A stretch of 63,787 nucleotides of DNA, counting the filler, from Octopus bimaculoides (taxonomy: Eukaryota), in assembly GCF_001194135.2 (NCBI RefSeq). It is 6 parts of 6 records of this genome, joined end to end, with 100 filler letters (N's around TTAATTAATTAA, not from the genome) between each part and the next. Parts side by side here need not be neighbours in the genome. Positions count along the whole stretch, not along the records: positions 1 to 15,867 come from NC_068999.1; positions 15,968 to 24,989 come from NC_068988.1; 4 more parts are not named here. The stretch is one strand, 5' to 3'. Below the pieces are notes generated by a model. It searched no databases. It saw only the letters and a list, made by a program, of their open reading frames with translations, and had not been told where the DNA came from. This document shows, piece by piece, positions 11,916 to 24,562 of the stretch (within the stretch, counting starts at the first letter, position 1; each line of letters begins with the position of its first letter). A program made the translations under genes and the position numbers.

Positions 11916-11957
<42 letters not shown>

Positions 11958-12202
11958 ATATACATATATATTTATGTGGTGGTAGCTGAGAGGGTATTAT
12001 GTGTACAAATATATCTGATGTATATTAGGGGGGAGGGAAGGGAAGAGGATGTGCGTGCGTGCATGTGTAAAGGTATTTGTAGAACGGTGTGGTGGTGGTG
12101 GTGGTGGTGGTGAAGCACCTAGGAATGCGCATATGCACTTTGCTTAGGCAATTGCATGTTGTTGTAATGGCATGTTGTATGCGGACATAATTGTTTGTGT
12201 AG

Positions 12203-12234
12203 ATTCATCTATTCATCGGCAACAGAGTGTACAG
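12203..12234 (+). CDS. Candidate 32-nt exon
   Basis: aattgtttgtgtag|ATTCATCTATTCATCGGCAACAGAGTGTACAG|gtgcgc. The phase 2 reading RFIYSSATECT continues the 5270-5289 frame. Confidence 0.3.
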
Positions 12235-12443
12235 GTGCGCGCACGCGTGTGGGTGTTAGCGCGTGCGTGTGTGTGTGTTTGTATATAGGTAAGTGTATGT
12301 GCATGAATGCGCAAATTTGAATAGAGGTATACTTACAGGTAGACACATATAGGAATTTATAGATAAGTATATATACACATAAAAATATGTGTATATATAT
12401 ACACCTGTATATATATGTATATGTGTGTACATGTATGTGTGCT

Positions 12444-12482
<39 letters not shown>

Positions 12483-13184
12483 NNNNNNNNNNNNNNNNNN
12501 NNNNNNNNNNNNNNNNNNNNNNNNNNNNNNNNNNNNNNNNNNNNNNNNNNNNNNNNNNNNNNNNNNNNNNNNNNNNNNNNNNNNNNNNNNNNNNNNNNNN
12601 NNNNNNNNNNNNNNNNNNNNNNNNNNNNNNNNNNNNNNNNNNNNNNNNNNNNNNNNNNNNNNNNNNNNNNNNNNNNNNNNNNNNNNNNNNNNNNNNNNNN
12701 NNNNNNNNNNNNNNNNNNNNNNNNNNNNNNNNNNNNNNNNNNNNNNNNNNNNNNNNNNNNNNNNNNNNNNNNNNNNNNNNNNNNNNNNNNNNNNNNNNNN
12801 NNNNNNNNNNNNNNNNNNNNNNNNNNNNNNNNNNNNNNNNNNNNNNNNNNNNNNNNNNNNNNNNNNNNNNNNNNNNNNNNNNNNNNNNNNNNNNNNNNNN
12901 NNNNNNNNNNNNNNNNNNNNNNNNNNNNNNNNNNNNNNNNNNNNNNNNNNNNNNNNNNNNNNNNNNNNNNNNNNNNNNNNNNNNNNNNNNNNNNNNNNNN
13001 NNNNNNNNNNNNNNNNNNNNNNNNNNNNNNNNNNNNNNNNNNNNNNNNNNNNNNNNNNNNNNNNNNNNNNNNNNNNNNNNNNNNNNNNATCATTAACGCA
13101 CACAATTGAGACTGACCTCGGTTAAAACAACAAACTAAAAAACAACACCATTTGTCTTTACTGGGCACAAATACTTTATCACTA

Positions 13185-13575
13185 CTTTTTTTGTTGTCAC
13201 TCCGTCGCTTACGACGTCGAGGGTTCCAGTTGATCCGATCAACGGAACAGCCTGCTCGTGAAATTAACATGCAAGTGGCTGAGCACTCCACAGACACGTG
13301 TACCCTTAACGTAGTTCTCGGGGGATATTCAGCGTGACACAGTGTGACAAGGCTGGCCCTTTGAATTACAGGCACAACAGAAACAGGAAGTAAGAGTGAG
13401 AGAAATTTGTGGTGGAAGAGTACAGCATGGTTCGTCACCATCCTCTGCCGGAGCCTCGTGGAGCTTTTAGGTGTTTTCACTCAATAAACACTCACAACGC
13501 CCGGTCTGGGAATCGAAACCGCGATCCTATGACCGCGAGTCCGCTGCTCTAACTTCTGGGCCATTGCGCCTCCCC
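13185..13575 (-). mobile_element. SINE family C, second copy with 9-bp TSD
   Basis: Closely similar over its length to 10988-11381. TSD ttatcacta at 13176-13184 and 13576-13584. Confidence 0.92.
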
Positions 13576-14216
13576 TTATCACTAGTAGGTAGGAACATAA
13601 AAAAAATGTGGTGATGCTTATGCCTTTCCCGGAAGAACAAAGCAGCGTAAGTGAACTAAAATATTGTTAAACTAGGAATCATGGTCGTCTGATAGTTTTG
13701 ATTCCTTATTCGTTTTATGTTTAGCTTCAACGATATTGGCCAAACCAGAATCAATATTGATCAATACATTACAAATAGACTTCTTTTTTTTCGTTCTTTG
13801 TGGTATCTTTTATATTCTATGAATGTGCAATGAAGCAGAAATCTAACTGTTATCAGTCTCAGATCTACTTGGAGTAGAATTGGTAACAACTCTCGAGAAG
13901 GAATTACTAGGAATAGCTTTTCTAAAACCGTAACGTATCTAATTTGTTTTTTTCTGCTTATAATATCAATCTTCTCAATATATTCTATGTTACGAGGTCT
14001 CAAATCTGGTGTGTATTACAGAATATATTGCAGAGACGGTCAACGTATATTTTCTCTTATGTTCGAAAGCCAAAATGAACTTAAATGCCAACTGTCAGGG
14101 ACGAATATCAACAAAATTCTTTATATTGCTAAATCTATTATTTCATGAAATATGAATCATAAAAGTACAACAAAGTCTTTAAAAAGGCAGACTTCAGGAA
14201 TAAATGACCCGCCGTA

Positions 14217-14298
<82 letters not shown>

Positions 14299-14360
14299 CT
14301 TCTTCTTCTTCTTCTTCTTCTTCTTCTTCTTCTTCTTCTTCTTCTTCTTCTTCTTCTTCA

Positions 14361-14448
<88 letters not shown>

Positions 14449-14469
14449 ATTATTATTATTATTATTATT
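14217..14469. repeat. Compound trinucleotide microsatellite (TAC)n-(TTC)n-(ATT)n
   Basis: Directly visible; it explains the poly-Y/F/L ORFs. Confidence 0.97.
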
Positions 14470-14470
14470 C

Positions 14471-14656
14471 AAGGCAGCAAGCTGGCAGAATCGTATTTCG
14501 CTGGTCCTTGCGTTCTGAGTTCAAATGTCGCTGAGGTCAAGTTTACCTTTCATCTTTTCGGGGTCGATAAATTAAGTACCAGTTATGCACTGGGATCGAT
14601 GCAATTGACACATCCCCGTCCCCAAAATTTCAGGTCTTGTGCCTATAGTAGAGAGG
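14471..14656 (+). mobile_element. tRNA-derived SINE family A (central ttcatcctttcggggtcgataaattaagtacc domain)
   Basis: gagttcaaat B box and conserved core shared with the copies at 26283, 30130, 31224, 48678 and 61451. From memory the core resembles the Meta-SINE central domain. Confidence 0.88.
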
Positions 14657-14716
<60 letters not shown>

Positions 14717-15259
14717 GAGTGCGAGAGCAGTACGTGCCATCAAAGTGACACTGGAGTACAAATATACGAAGCCCATTATACCCATCATGACTACCCGTCT
14801 GATAAGGGTACGCCAGGAACATGGTTCACGACCATATATGTGCATGGCATGCTGATCTTATATCAAGATAAACAGGCGCATGACCTTGCAGCTGCGGCCC
14901 AGTTAGAATTTTCTTAAGGTCGGGTAGCCCATCCCCCACAAAAGGTCCCTGAATAAAGGTTGTTTAAGGATGTTTCCAGAGGTGAATTATTCAAACCCCA
15001 AAGAATTCCTCTCAACACATCGCTATGATGCTCCCCAACTACTTCTGCTCGTGATCAGAGATGCACATATCGTCAGCCACCAAGGGACATGCTCAACTGG
15101 TTAAGGTCAAACAACTGACAACCAAATCTGTGGTATTGAGCAGAATATTTGTTGTAGTCCATCTTTTTATACCAAGACAAAACAACGTACATGATAACAC
15201 TTCCAATCAATTAAGATCAGAAGCAATGAGAGCCACTGCCTGGTACTGTATCAGGGTAT
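14717..15259 (-). mobile_element. Unclassified interspersed repeat family E bounded by (ATT)n
   Basis: The segment from about 15050 to 15259 recurs with high similarity at 33789-33996. One end abuts the (ATT)n array at 14657-14716. Confidence 0.75.
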
Positions 15260-15396
15260 GTGGTTATTTGGGTAATTCTCACAAATACTGATTAAATATA
15301 TGAGAACCACCGTCCAATGACGGGGTTAGTATTTTCTATTACTGTAGGTAGGCAACATTTGGCTAAGTGTATCAATGTCTTTATCGTAGCCATCAA

Positions 15397-15429
<33 letters not shown>

Positions 15430-15911
15430 AGTCGTCGTCATCTTCGTCGTCATCGTCATCATCATCATCATCGTCGTCGTCATCGTCATCATCGTCGCTG
15501 CCGTCGTCATCATCATCATCATCATCATCCTCATCAACAGTAGCTTCAGCAGGGCAGCAATAACTGCAGCAGCAGTAGTAGTAACATTATCCCCATCATT
15601 AACATTTACCTCCTCATCACTTTCATTATCATTACTACTACCACCATCACCACCACCACCACCACCACCACGGCCATGTTGACGACGACGACGATGATGA
15701 TGATGATGATGATGATGATGATCATCATCATCATCATCATCACGAACATAAATATGAACCATAATGCTATCAATGGCAAGAACAATAGAACAGCAAAGTC
15801 AGGCCTTCGGCATCGCTGCTCAGCGTCACCACCGCCGCCGGAACCACCACGACCACCACCACCATCGNNNNNNNNNNNNNNNNNNNNNNNNNNNNNNNNN
15901 NNNNNNNNNNN

Positions 15912-15923
15912 TTAATTAATTAA
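15912..15923. other. Assembly gap linker TTAATTAATTAA (artefact; also at 25034-25045, 33733-33744, 53309-53320, 62564-62575)
   Basis: Identical 12-mer with stops in all six frames, centred in N gaps of about 100 bp. Confidence 0.95.
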
Positions 15924-15967
15924 NNNNNNNNNNNNNNNNNNNNNNNNNNNNNNNNNNNNNNNNNNNN

Positions 15968-16099
15968 CAGCTGTAGAAACTCTGCCAAATCAGACTGGAG
16001 CCTGGTGTTGCCATCCGGTTTCACCAGTCCTCAGTCAAATCGTCCAACCCATGCTAGCATGGAAAGCGGACGTTAAACGATGATGATGATGATGATGAT
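15968..16099 (+). mobile_element. 3' end of an RTE-type LINE or RTE-tailed SINE
   Basis: ...aatcgtccaacccatgctagcatggaaagcggacgttaaacgatgatgatgat is a typical RTE-clade 3' end with a (GAT)n tail. The 5' part is lost in the gap. Confidence 0.65.
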
Positions 16100-16110
16100 A
16101 TATATATATT

Positions 16111-16520
16111 CCTGTGCTTGTGAAATCTGCTATCCCTGTCGTAAGGCTTTACTTCCACACACGCCAGCTTAATTTAATTCGTCTTTAGTCGAAAGACACC
16201 TGTTGTTATGTCCTGTTATTTGTATTTGTGTAACATTCTCCGTTTTTTTTCCGTCCTTGTTTTCGTATACATTCGCTGCTTTCTTCCAAGGAATCTAATG
16301 CTCTAAGATTAGTTTTTCCTTGGGGCTGGCCAGATTGGAGCAATTTCGAGTATAACCAGCCGAAATTGCAAAGAAAATCTGGAACTCGACCGAGGAAAGA
16401 AAACTCCGAATGACCCGTCCTTGTTTCCTTGTATCTTCTATCTTCTATCTGGATGCTTTGTTGTCCCTTTTTTGTATCACCTAACTGTCTGAATGTTTTG
16501 CGCTCTTGTCCCATTTTGTA
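16111..16520. mobile_element. Unclassified interspersed repeat family F
   Basis: A diverged reverse-complement copy is present at 53782-54170. Flanked by (TA)n. Confidence 0.75.
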
Positions 16521-16521
16521 T

Positions 16522-16562
<41 letters not shown>

Positions 16563-16572
16563 NNNNNNNNNN

Positions 16573-16616
<44 letters not shown>

Positions 16617-17104
16617 ATGAATGTATGTATGTGTGTGTGTGTGTGTGTGTACGCACGCACACACACAGACTTATTAAAGTATATAGACGCCATCTGCTTT
16701 TTAGTCTTTGAAAGATTTATTCCAAGAAAAAAAAATAATGCCATTTGATGTATTTATTTAAATATTTAAATCTAGTATTCAGTAGGCATGCGTTGCATCA
16801 AATGGGGGAGGACGGTTACTGTTTTGTATGGGAATAGGTTAACGTCTGACTGACCTTTGTAACGAAAAAACGTAACTACTTCTAAAATACTTCTCACTAA
16901 ATATTTAGGAGAATATTCCTAATAAGCATCGTACTAATGAATAGTGTTTGCACAGATAAAAGTGTATAATGCGATTTCGCTTTTGTATGTGTAATACATG
17001 CATACATACATACATACATACGTACACACACACACATATATATGCAGACATATATACATATACACACGTATATATATATATATATACGTGTGTGTGCGTG
17101 TGTA

Positions 17105-17139
<35 letters not shown>

Positions 17140-17256
17140 GTGTGTGTGCGTGTGTATATTTATATATATATATATATATATATACACAAATATATGTACG
17201 TGTGTGTGTGTGTGTACATTTACGTATACACGCACATATACGCTCATATATATATA

Positions 17257-17449
17257 TTTTATTCTTTTATTCTTTTGTTTGTTTCAGTCATTTGACTGCG
17301 GCCATGATGGAGCACCACCCTTAGTCGAACAAATCGATCCCAGGACTTAGTCTTTGTAAGCCTAGTACTTATCTTATCGGTTTCTTTTGCCGAACCGCTA
17401 ATTTACGCGGACGTAAATACACCAGCATCGGTTGTCAAGTGATGTTGCA

Positions 17450-17499
<50 letters not shown>

Positions 17500-17640
17500 G
17501 TCTATCAAAACCACTCACAAGGGTTTGGTCGGCCCGAGGCTATAGTTGAAGACACTTAATCAAGGTGCCACGAAGTGGCCTGAATCCGAAACCATGTTGT
17601 TGGTTAGCATGCTACTTACCACACAGCCACTCCTACGCCT
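17257..17640 (-). mobile_element. SINE family B
   Basis: Homologous to 7102-7568; ends cacagccactcctacgcct (reverse-complement head). Confidence 0.9.
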
Positions 17641-18690
17641 TATACATATATAAGCATAAATTTCCCTTATTTATTTTCGCATTATATATATAAGCACAAA
17701 TTTCCTATGACCAAATTCTAATAGAGTTTATTAAACATTTTTGGCATTTTCAAACCTACGTAGTTGAGTGGCGTCTGATATCCTTCTTTCTAAAAGCATC
17801 AATGTTTCGTGAGGAGTGAATAGACACGTTCTTAGTAAGCTACATACAAGTAAATAAAATGAAAAATAAAGGAAAAAAAAAAGAAGAAAAGAAAAACGTG
17901 ATCTTGTATTTAGGCTACTTATGAAAAATGAAAAGAAAATATTAATACGCAAAAAATAACCACATAGTTTCAATCACATGCGTTATTCGATCAGAACCGG
18001 ATCTTCCCAGCGGGGTACTTTTCTGGGAATTTATTATATATTGCTTGTCATAAAATATGTATACATTATGTATTGTGTATAATAGGCTGAGGCGTGGATG
18101 TGTGGTAATAAACCATTTAGCATATAGTCATATTAGGCGATATAGCTTGCAGTAGGCTTTGTTCGGTACGCAGCATTGGAATGTCACAATCGTCTCACTT
18201 GTCTATGACTTACTTTCATGTGTTTTTAACACCAGGCACATTGAAAAGATATTCTTTTACACTTAAAAATGCAGTCGACCCGCGAACCAACTACACTCAC
18301 ATCTTGTATATATGTATTCAATCTTGGTTTCTATACCGTGAGTTGCTTTTAATTATTTGAATTTTTCTGTGACATGAAACATTGGGACATTCCAGCAGAT
18401 TGTTTTCAAACCATTTAGTTTGCAGCAGGCCTTGTTTGGTAGCCGGCACTAAAAAGCCACAACAATGACTTACTTCCAGATGTTTTTAACACCAGGCGCA
18501 TTGAGAAGATATTTTCATACTCCTAAAAACGCAGCTGACCCACGAACTAACAATACACACACATCTTGTGTGTGTATTGTTGCGTGTGCGTCTTCTTGCG
18601 TATGAATGTATGCACGCATATGTGCGCGTGTGCCTGTGCATGCCTTTGCTTGTACGTGTGTCTATGTGTGATGTATGTGTGTGTATGTAG

Positions 18691-18736
<46 letters not shown>

Positions 18737-18740
18737 TTGT

Positions 18741-19623
18741 AGCAGATTTAAACCCTAGCATAAAGCAAGTGAGGACACCTCCTACATTGACAGAGTCTCC
18801 AACCATCCACCGTCAATAATCAAACAATTAGTTAACAGTATTGGCAGACGTGTTTCCAACCTATCTGATGATGAAGCTACTTTCAAAAAAGCAGCTCGAT
18901 ATTACAACGCCGCATTAGATAGGTCCATTTTTACGAATAGTATAACCTATATTGAACCAAACGCAGATAGCCTAAAAGGACATAGACGGAGGAAAATACT
19001 ATGGTGAAATTCTCCATACAGCAAGAATGTGGAAACGAATATAACTAGAAAATCCCTGAAAGTCATAGATATCTACTTCCCACACTTACATAAACACCCC
19101 AAGATCTTCAGTAGAAATACAGTCAAAGTTAACTATAGTTACTTCACCAACATAGGATCGAGGATTTTGAAGCACAATAAGAATAGCAACATTAGGAACT
19201 CTCCTCGCCCAAAGAATCTGTTATTGTAGATCCCTAGATATCTGTTCTCTGAACAATAGGTGCCAGGAAAAAGAACTACTGTACAAGGATAATATCACGG
19301 ACTTGAACGGAACAATAAAAACTTACATTGGAATGACGAGAAACACCTTCAAGTAGAGATATACGCAGCATTTGGCACCGTTTAGAGACAAAAACAAAAG
19401 ATACATAGCATCTTTATCCAATATGATATGGACATTTAAAAAGAGGAGGGTGAAGAGCTCTCAAATAATCTGGAGCATTATAGTTAAGGCCAGCAAATAT
19501 AGGGGGTGAGGCAGCAAGTGTGACATTTTTATTACGGAAAAACTAAATATTATAACACCAACAATGAGCGTTTTAAACATTATGGAGGAAACCTTCTCCC
19601 TTGCTTGCACAAGAAACATCTCA
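18741..19623 (+). mobile_element. Penelope-like element (Neptune-type): RT thumb, Cys-rich linker and GIY-YIG, pseudogenised
   Basis: Translation SNHPPSIIKQL...RRRKILW*NSPYSKNVETNI...IFSRNTVKVNYS...HNK, then (frameshift) CYCRSLDICSLNNRC...YIGMTRNTFK*RY...LSNMIW...KCDIFITEKL. Confidence 0.9.
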
Positions 19624-19625
19624 TA

Positions 19626-20836
19626 CGACGTGGTATCGAAAAGTTCCCGGACTAGTTGTGATTAATGAAACAACTTATTTACCTAAGTTTTAACATCATC
19701 TCCTTCATAATAGCCACCTTGCGCAGCAATACGTGGGTCCCAGTGTCCGCTTTTGGAATCCGGCCTGGAAGTCGTTTTCTGTAAGCGAGTGGAGGACTTT
19801 CTGCAATTCGCTCCGGAATTAAAACGGTGTTAAAACGGGGACCTTTAAGCTGCATTTTCATCTTGGGAAAGCGATAGAAGTTCGCAGGTGCTAAATCTGG
19901 CAAATAGGGTGGGTGCAGAAGTGATACCATGTTGTTTTTGGCAAGAATGAGGAGAGATCGGTGACAAGGTGCATTGTCGTCGTGAAGAATCCAATTCTTC
20001 GCGCTCCACAGATCCGGTCGCTTTCGTCGAATGTCCGCCCTCAAATACTTCAAAACGTCGCAGTAGGNNNNNNNNNNNNNNNNNNNNNNNNNNNNNNNNN
20101 NNNNNNNNNNNNNNNNNNNNNNNNNNNNNNNNNNNNNNNNNNNNNNNNNNNNNNNNNNNNNNNNNNNNNNNNNNNNNNNNNNNNNNNNNNCGTACCCGTA
20201 GACCCAACTCTCGTCACTGGTGATGATCTTTAACATAAAGTATGGGTCATCAGCGGTACGCTGACGGAGATTTTGACGGACTTCGATGTGATGTTCTTTT
20301 CTGCACAGCAAGCGGGAGGGGGGGGGGACAAACTTGGCAGAGACACGCCGCATGTTCAATTCAGACGTTAGTATTATTTGCACGGATCCTTACGACAGAC
20401 CAACAACATCAGGAATGTAGTTGATTGTCTCTCGGCGATCCTTATGCACAAGCTTATGAATTTTCTTCACATTTCCGGAGATGACGCTCGTGGCAGGTCT
20501 TCCAGTTTGCTCGTCTTCCGATTTTGAAGCGCTCGTGCCACTCGAAACATTTGTGTAAGCTTGCTGAAACATGCTCAGTATCTCTGTAGCAAACTTCCTA
20601 AGTTTAACGCAAAATTTCTCTTTGGCTCTTTGTTCCAACTTCTTGTCTATGAAAATATTGCAGACCACAGCATGCACGTGATCAAACAACAGAAATTTCA
20701 CAACTTGCGAAGTAAAAATAGCGATGTCACTTGGCACACTGCCTTAAGAAGGTCAATGCTAGCTCTCACTGCGCATGCAACCGTGTCCTGCATTTGTTGC
20801 GCTACAGCACTAGTTTGCGAATTCTTTGATGCTTCG
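19626..20836 (-). mobile_element. Mariner (DD34D) transposon, near full length, disrupted
   Basis: Minus-strand fragments: HTH ...EQRAKEKFCVKL...GRP; MRRVSAKFVP; IITSDESWVYGY; WILHDDNAPCH; HPPYLPDLAP. Left TIR cgacgtggtatcgaaaagttcccggactagt follows a TA; a degenerate right TIR lies at 20809-20836. Confidence 0.93.
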
Positions 20837-21666
20837 AAATTTCAAGCATAACACCCCTGCCACCCAATCAGCCATCACTCTAACCTGGGAAATTTTCTGG
20901 ATATCGATTATATGCACATTACACATTAAAAACATATACTCTCATGAACTTATGCTGGATTCCCTAAACTATACAGATTTATATACATAGCACATATTTA
21001 TGACATCACATGATTCACAGGAAAATCACATGTATATAAACTTATGAACTTACAAATCTATGGTCCAAGACTGGCATAAAAAAATCTATGAAATCCCATA
21101 AATAATTATATGCATATACTCAAATAAGAACAAAAGGCATGCTGCATGTGTGCGTGTGTGTTTGTGTATGTTTGTGTGTGTTTGTGTGTGTTTGTGTGTG
21201 TATGTATGTGTGTGTGTGAATGTGTGTACGTGTGTGTGTATATTTTAATAATTTTTATGTGCATGTGTGTATGTCTACATACATGCATATAAGCATACAT
21301 ACATATATACATGCATGCATACATACATGCATGCATACATACATACATGCATGCATGCATCCACACGCACACATATGATCGTGCATAAGATAATTAAAGA
21401 ATTATTTAAACTATGGTGAATGCAACTTCTTGCTAAGATCCAGAGCTAATGCAAGAGAGATAACAAAGTATTCTTAAAACTTACCTCCCGTGATGTGTGT
21501 ATTTTGAAATCTCGTTCAGTCTCGTCTAAGCTCGTATATTCTCATCTAAAATGGGAACGTGTGTCAACACTTCCATGTGGCACACTTGAATTAATGTGAA
21601 GATCTCTTCACTTGAAACCATCGGTCATCATGTTAACCCACAAATAAAGTACATAAGGATCTATTC

Positions 21667-22091
21667 CATCTCAATATCAGATTTTTTAATTAATTTTTTA
21701 AAAACTAAACAGTTTGAAACTTCGAATACTGGTAGAATTTCTCACGCAGAACACGGTTTACTCTGAACGTTTTTGACAAAATTTCGTATTGTAGAAGTTA
21801 TTTCGTGTTAAAGTTTTCGCTTTTGGATAATTTCAACCAACCAACGACCCGGAAGTTGTTCCTCTTCGATTACTATCGCAAACAGCAGTAGCTTTCTTCA
21901 ACCGAATACACATCGTTGATTGGTTGAAATTACCCAAATACAACAACTTTAACACGAAATAACTTCTAAAATACGAAATTTTGTCAAGAACGTTCAGAGT
22001 AAACCGTGTTCTACGAGAGAAATTCTACAAGTATTCGAAGTTTCAAAGTGTTTAGTTTTAAAAAATTAATTAAAAATCTGATATTGAGATG
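21667..22091. mobile_element. Foldback/MITE with about 180-bp terminal inverted repeats
   Basis: catctcaatatcagattttttaattaatttt...ttcaaccaaccaacga is mirrored at the right end with scattered mismatches. TA lies on the right flank. Confidence 0.9.
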
Positions 22092-22125
22092 TAATAGATC
22101 CGTACATAATACATAGATACAAATC

Positions 22126-22185
<60 letters not shown>

Positions 22186-23049
22186 TGCGTCGGTCTCTTT
22201 TAAAGTTCACTGCTGCAAACTGGTGTACCATGTTGTGTTTCCCTTGTGTATACAACCCTATCACTTAGCCATTCGACAGAGATATTCGATAACATAAACA
22301 TCTGACTTGAAATACTGAAAATACTGAGTGGCCTTGTATGACCGACTAAAAGCATCGCCTCAGTCAATTGGCTGAAACCAGTGAAAGAATAAAGGAACTA
22401 CGGTTGGTGTTCTTATTACTGACTAAAATATTAACCATTCTTTTACTAAAACTTCGTCATTATTATTATCCTCCTCCTCATCATTACTCGCATCATTGCC
22501 GCCCCCATTGAAGTCATCATCATCATCATCATCATCATCAACATCATCAACAACAACAACAACAATAGCAGCGACAATAAACTTCCCGTAGTCATTTTCT
22601 TTCGTTCCCTCCCGTTCACAAACTTCTCAAAAAAAAAAAAAAAAAAAAAAATAAATAAACACAATAAAACGGAAGAAAAAATAGAAAAAAAAGACACAAC
22701 AGCAACAACAATAATAAAAGAAACAGTAATAAAAAAGAACAAAGAAAAGTAATCCATTATAAAGAGAGTCTAAACTGATTATTGAGATCCGTCCCAATAA
22801 ACGTTAGTACGAGCGCACTCATTCACTCAATGTTCTGCTACATATTGGTGAGAACTATTTCAATAGTCAGCTCTTCTTTGAAAAGGTCAATCAGCCATGA
22901 ACCCTTTCCTATATATAATAGCAACACCCCTCCCTTCGATACCGCCTCCATTTCACGAGATTGTTTCCATTTTTCAGATAATCTGTTTTTCTTTCATTTT
23001 CTCATAATTTTTTGTTTGTTTTAGGCTAATCAGTCTATCAGTCTGTCTG

Positions 23050-23102
<53 letters not shown>

Positions 23103-23169
23103 CTCACTCTACCTCTCTAACTATCTATATATACCTCTCGTTCTGCTTATCTCTCTATATCTCTCTCTG

Positions 23170-23226
<57 letters not shown>

Positions 23227-23250
23227 TTCTCTCGATGTACGCACGCGCAT

Positions 23251-23301
<51 letters not shown>

Positions 23302-24562
23302 NNNNNNNNNNNNNNNNNNNNNNNNNNNNNNNNNNNNNNNNNNNNNNNNNNNNNNNNNNNNNNNNNNNNNNNNNNNNNNNNNNNNNNNNNNNNNNNNNNN
23401 NNNNTGTGTGGGTTTTTTCTTCCTTCCATCTCCGTCTCTTGTTGTTGTTGTTGTTGTTGTTGTTCTTCTTCTTCTTCTTCTTCTTCTTCTTCTTCTTTTT
23501 CTTCTTCTTCTTCTTCTTCTTCTTCTTCTTCTTCTTCTTCTTCTTCTTCTTCTTCTTCTTCTTCTTCTTCTTCTTCTTCTTCCCTCCCTCTGCATTTATT
23601 CTCTTTCTCTGCTGTGGTTACTGAAGTGTCAGACTAACTCACACTTTACTTAAATACCCTTGCTCCTACATTTGATATCTCTGATAACGATCTCAACTCA
23701 CCTAAAGCTGATATTTTCTATCATGACATGGCATCTTTCAAGTGTGACGTAGGAAATAGTTCACTGGTGGGGCACATGATATTACTGCTTTTGTTGTGAT
23801 TCTTGTTTTGTTTATTGATCTCGTCATTGTTGTCGTTGTGCTGCTACTGTGGATATTTAATATCACCGGAAAATAATTGGGGTTATGAGTAGGTAGAAGC
23901 CCACCCAAGTTACATCACCACACCCAAGGAGTATGTATTCCTGTAGATGTTGTTGTTACTGTTTAGCCGCAAGTTAGCTGTGATCGAGCAAATCTAGCAT
24001 TAAAGAAGATCCGGCAGTAATCACCGTCACGGATCAAACCAACTCTTGTGAGTGAAAATGGGTCGGCCGGAAACGGTACGGAAGCTTATCGGTTAGAATT
24101 TACCTGTAATTCAAAGGGTCAACTTTTAAGCAAACTGTGTTATGCTGATTCCACTGAAAATACTGTGACTGTGGATAAAGCACGGGAACCCATTAAAAAA
24201 CACAATGTGTGTGATTTGAGGGAGTTTTGACTAGTGTTTTTAGCAGATCGGGCGACTACGTAGAGGCTCACTGCTATTTCTATTTATCACCCAGTCAGTA
24301 AAGGTAATACTCATGTCTAAACGGGGTTTCCGAGACCAGTAGAGAGTGCGGTGAGTAAAGGGTATCCTTAAACTGAAGACTTGAACCGGATGATTGGGAT
24401 AGACGGGACTCGGTTAAAGGATCACGTGGGGTTGTTAAACCGCGCCATGGATTAAAACTACCACTCAATAGCTCAATCATAATTGTTTTGAAAGCGGTGG
24501 TAATTATGATAAAGGCATAATTACTGCAATAATTTAGACGGAGTTATACTTCTTTCTACTAT

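Noticed and set aside
15912-15923. Recurrent TTAATTAATTAA motif (5 copies) suggesting piggyBac target sites or a spaced repeat array
   Set aside because: Always centred in N gaps of about 100 bp; it is a scaffolding linker.
21500-21570. Minus-strand exon-like segment with AG...GTAAGT boundaries
   Set aside because: All three frames contain stops.
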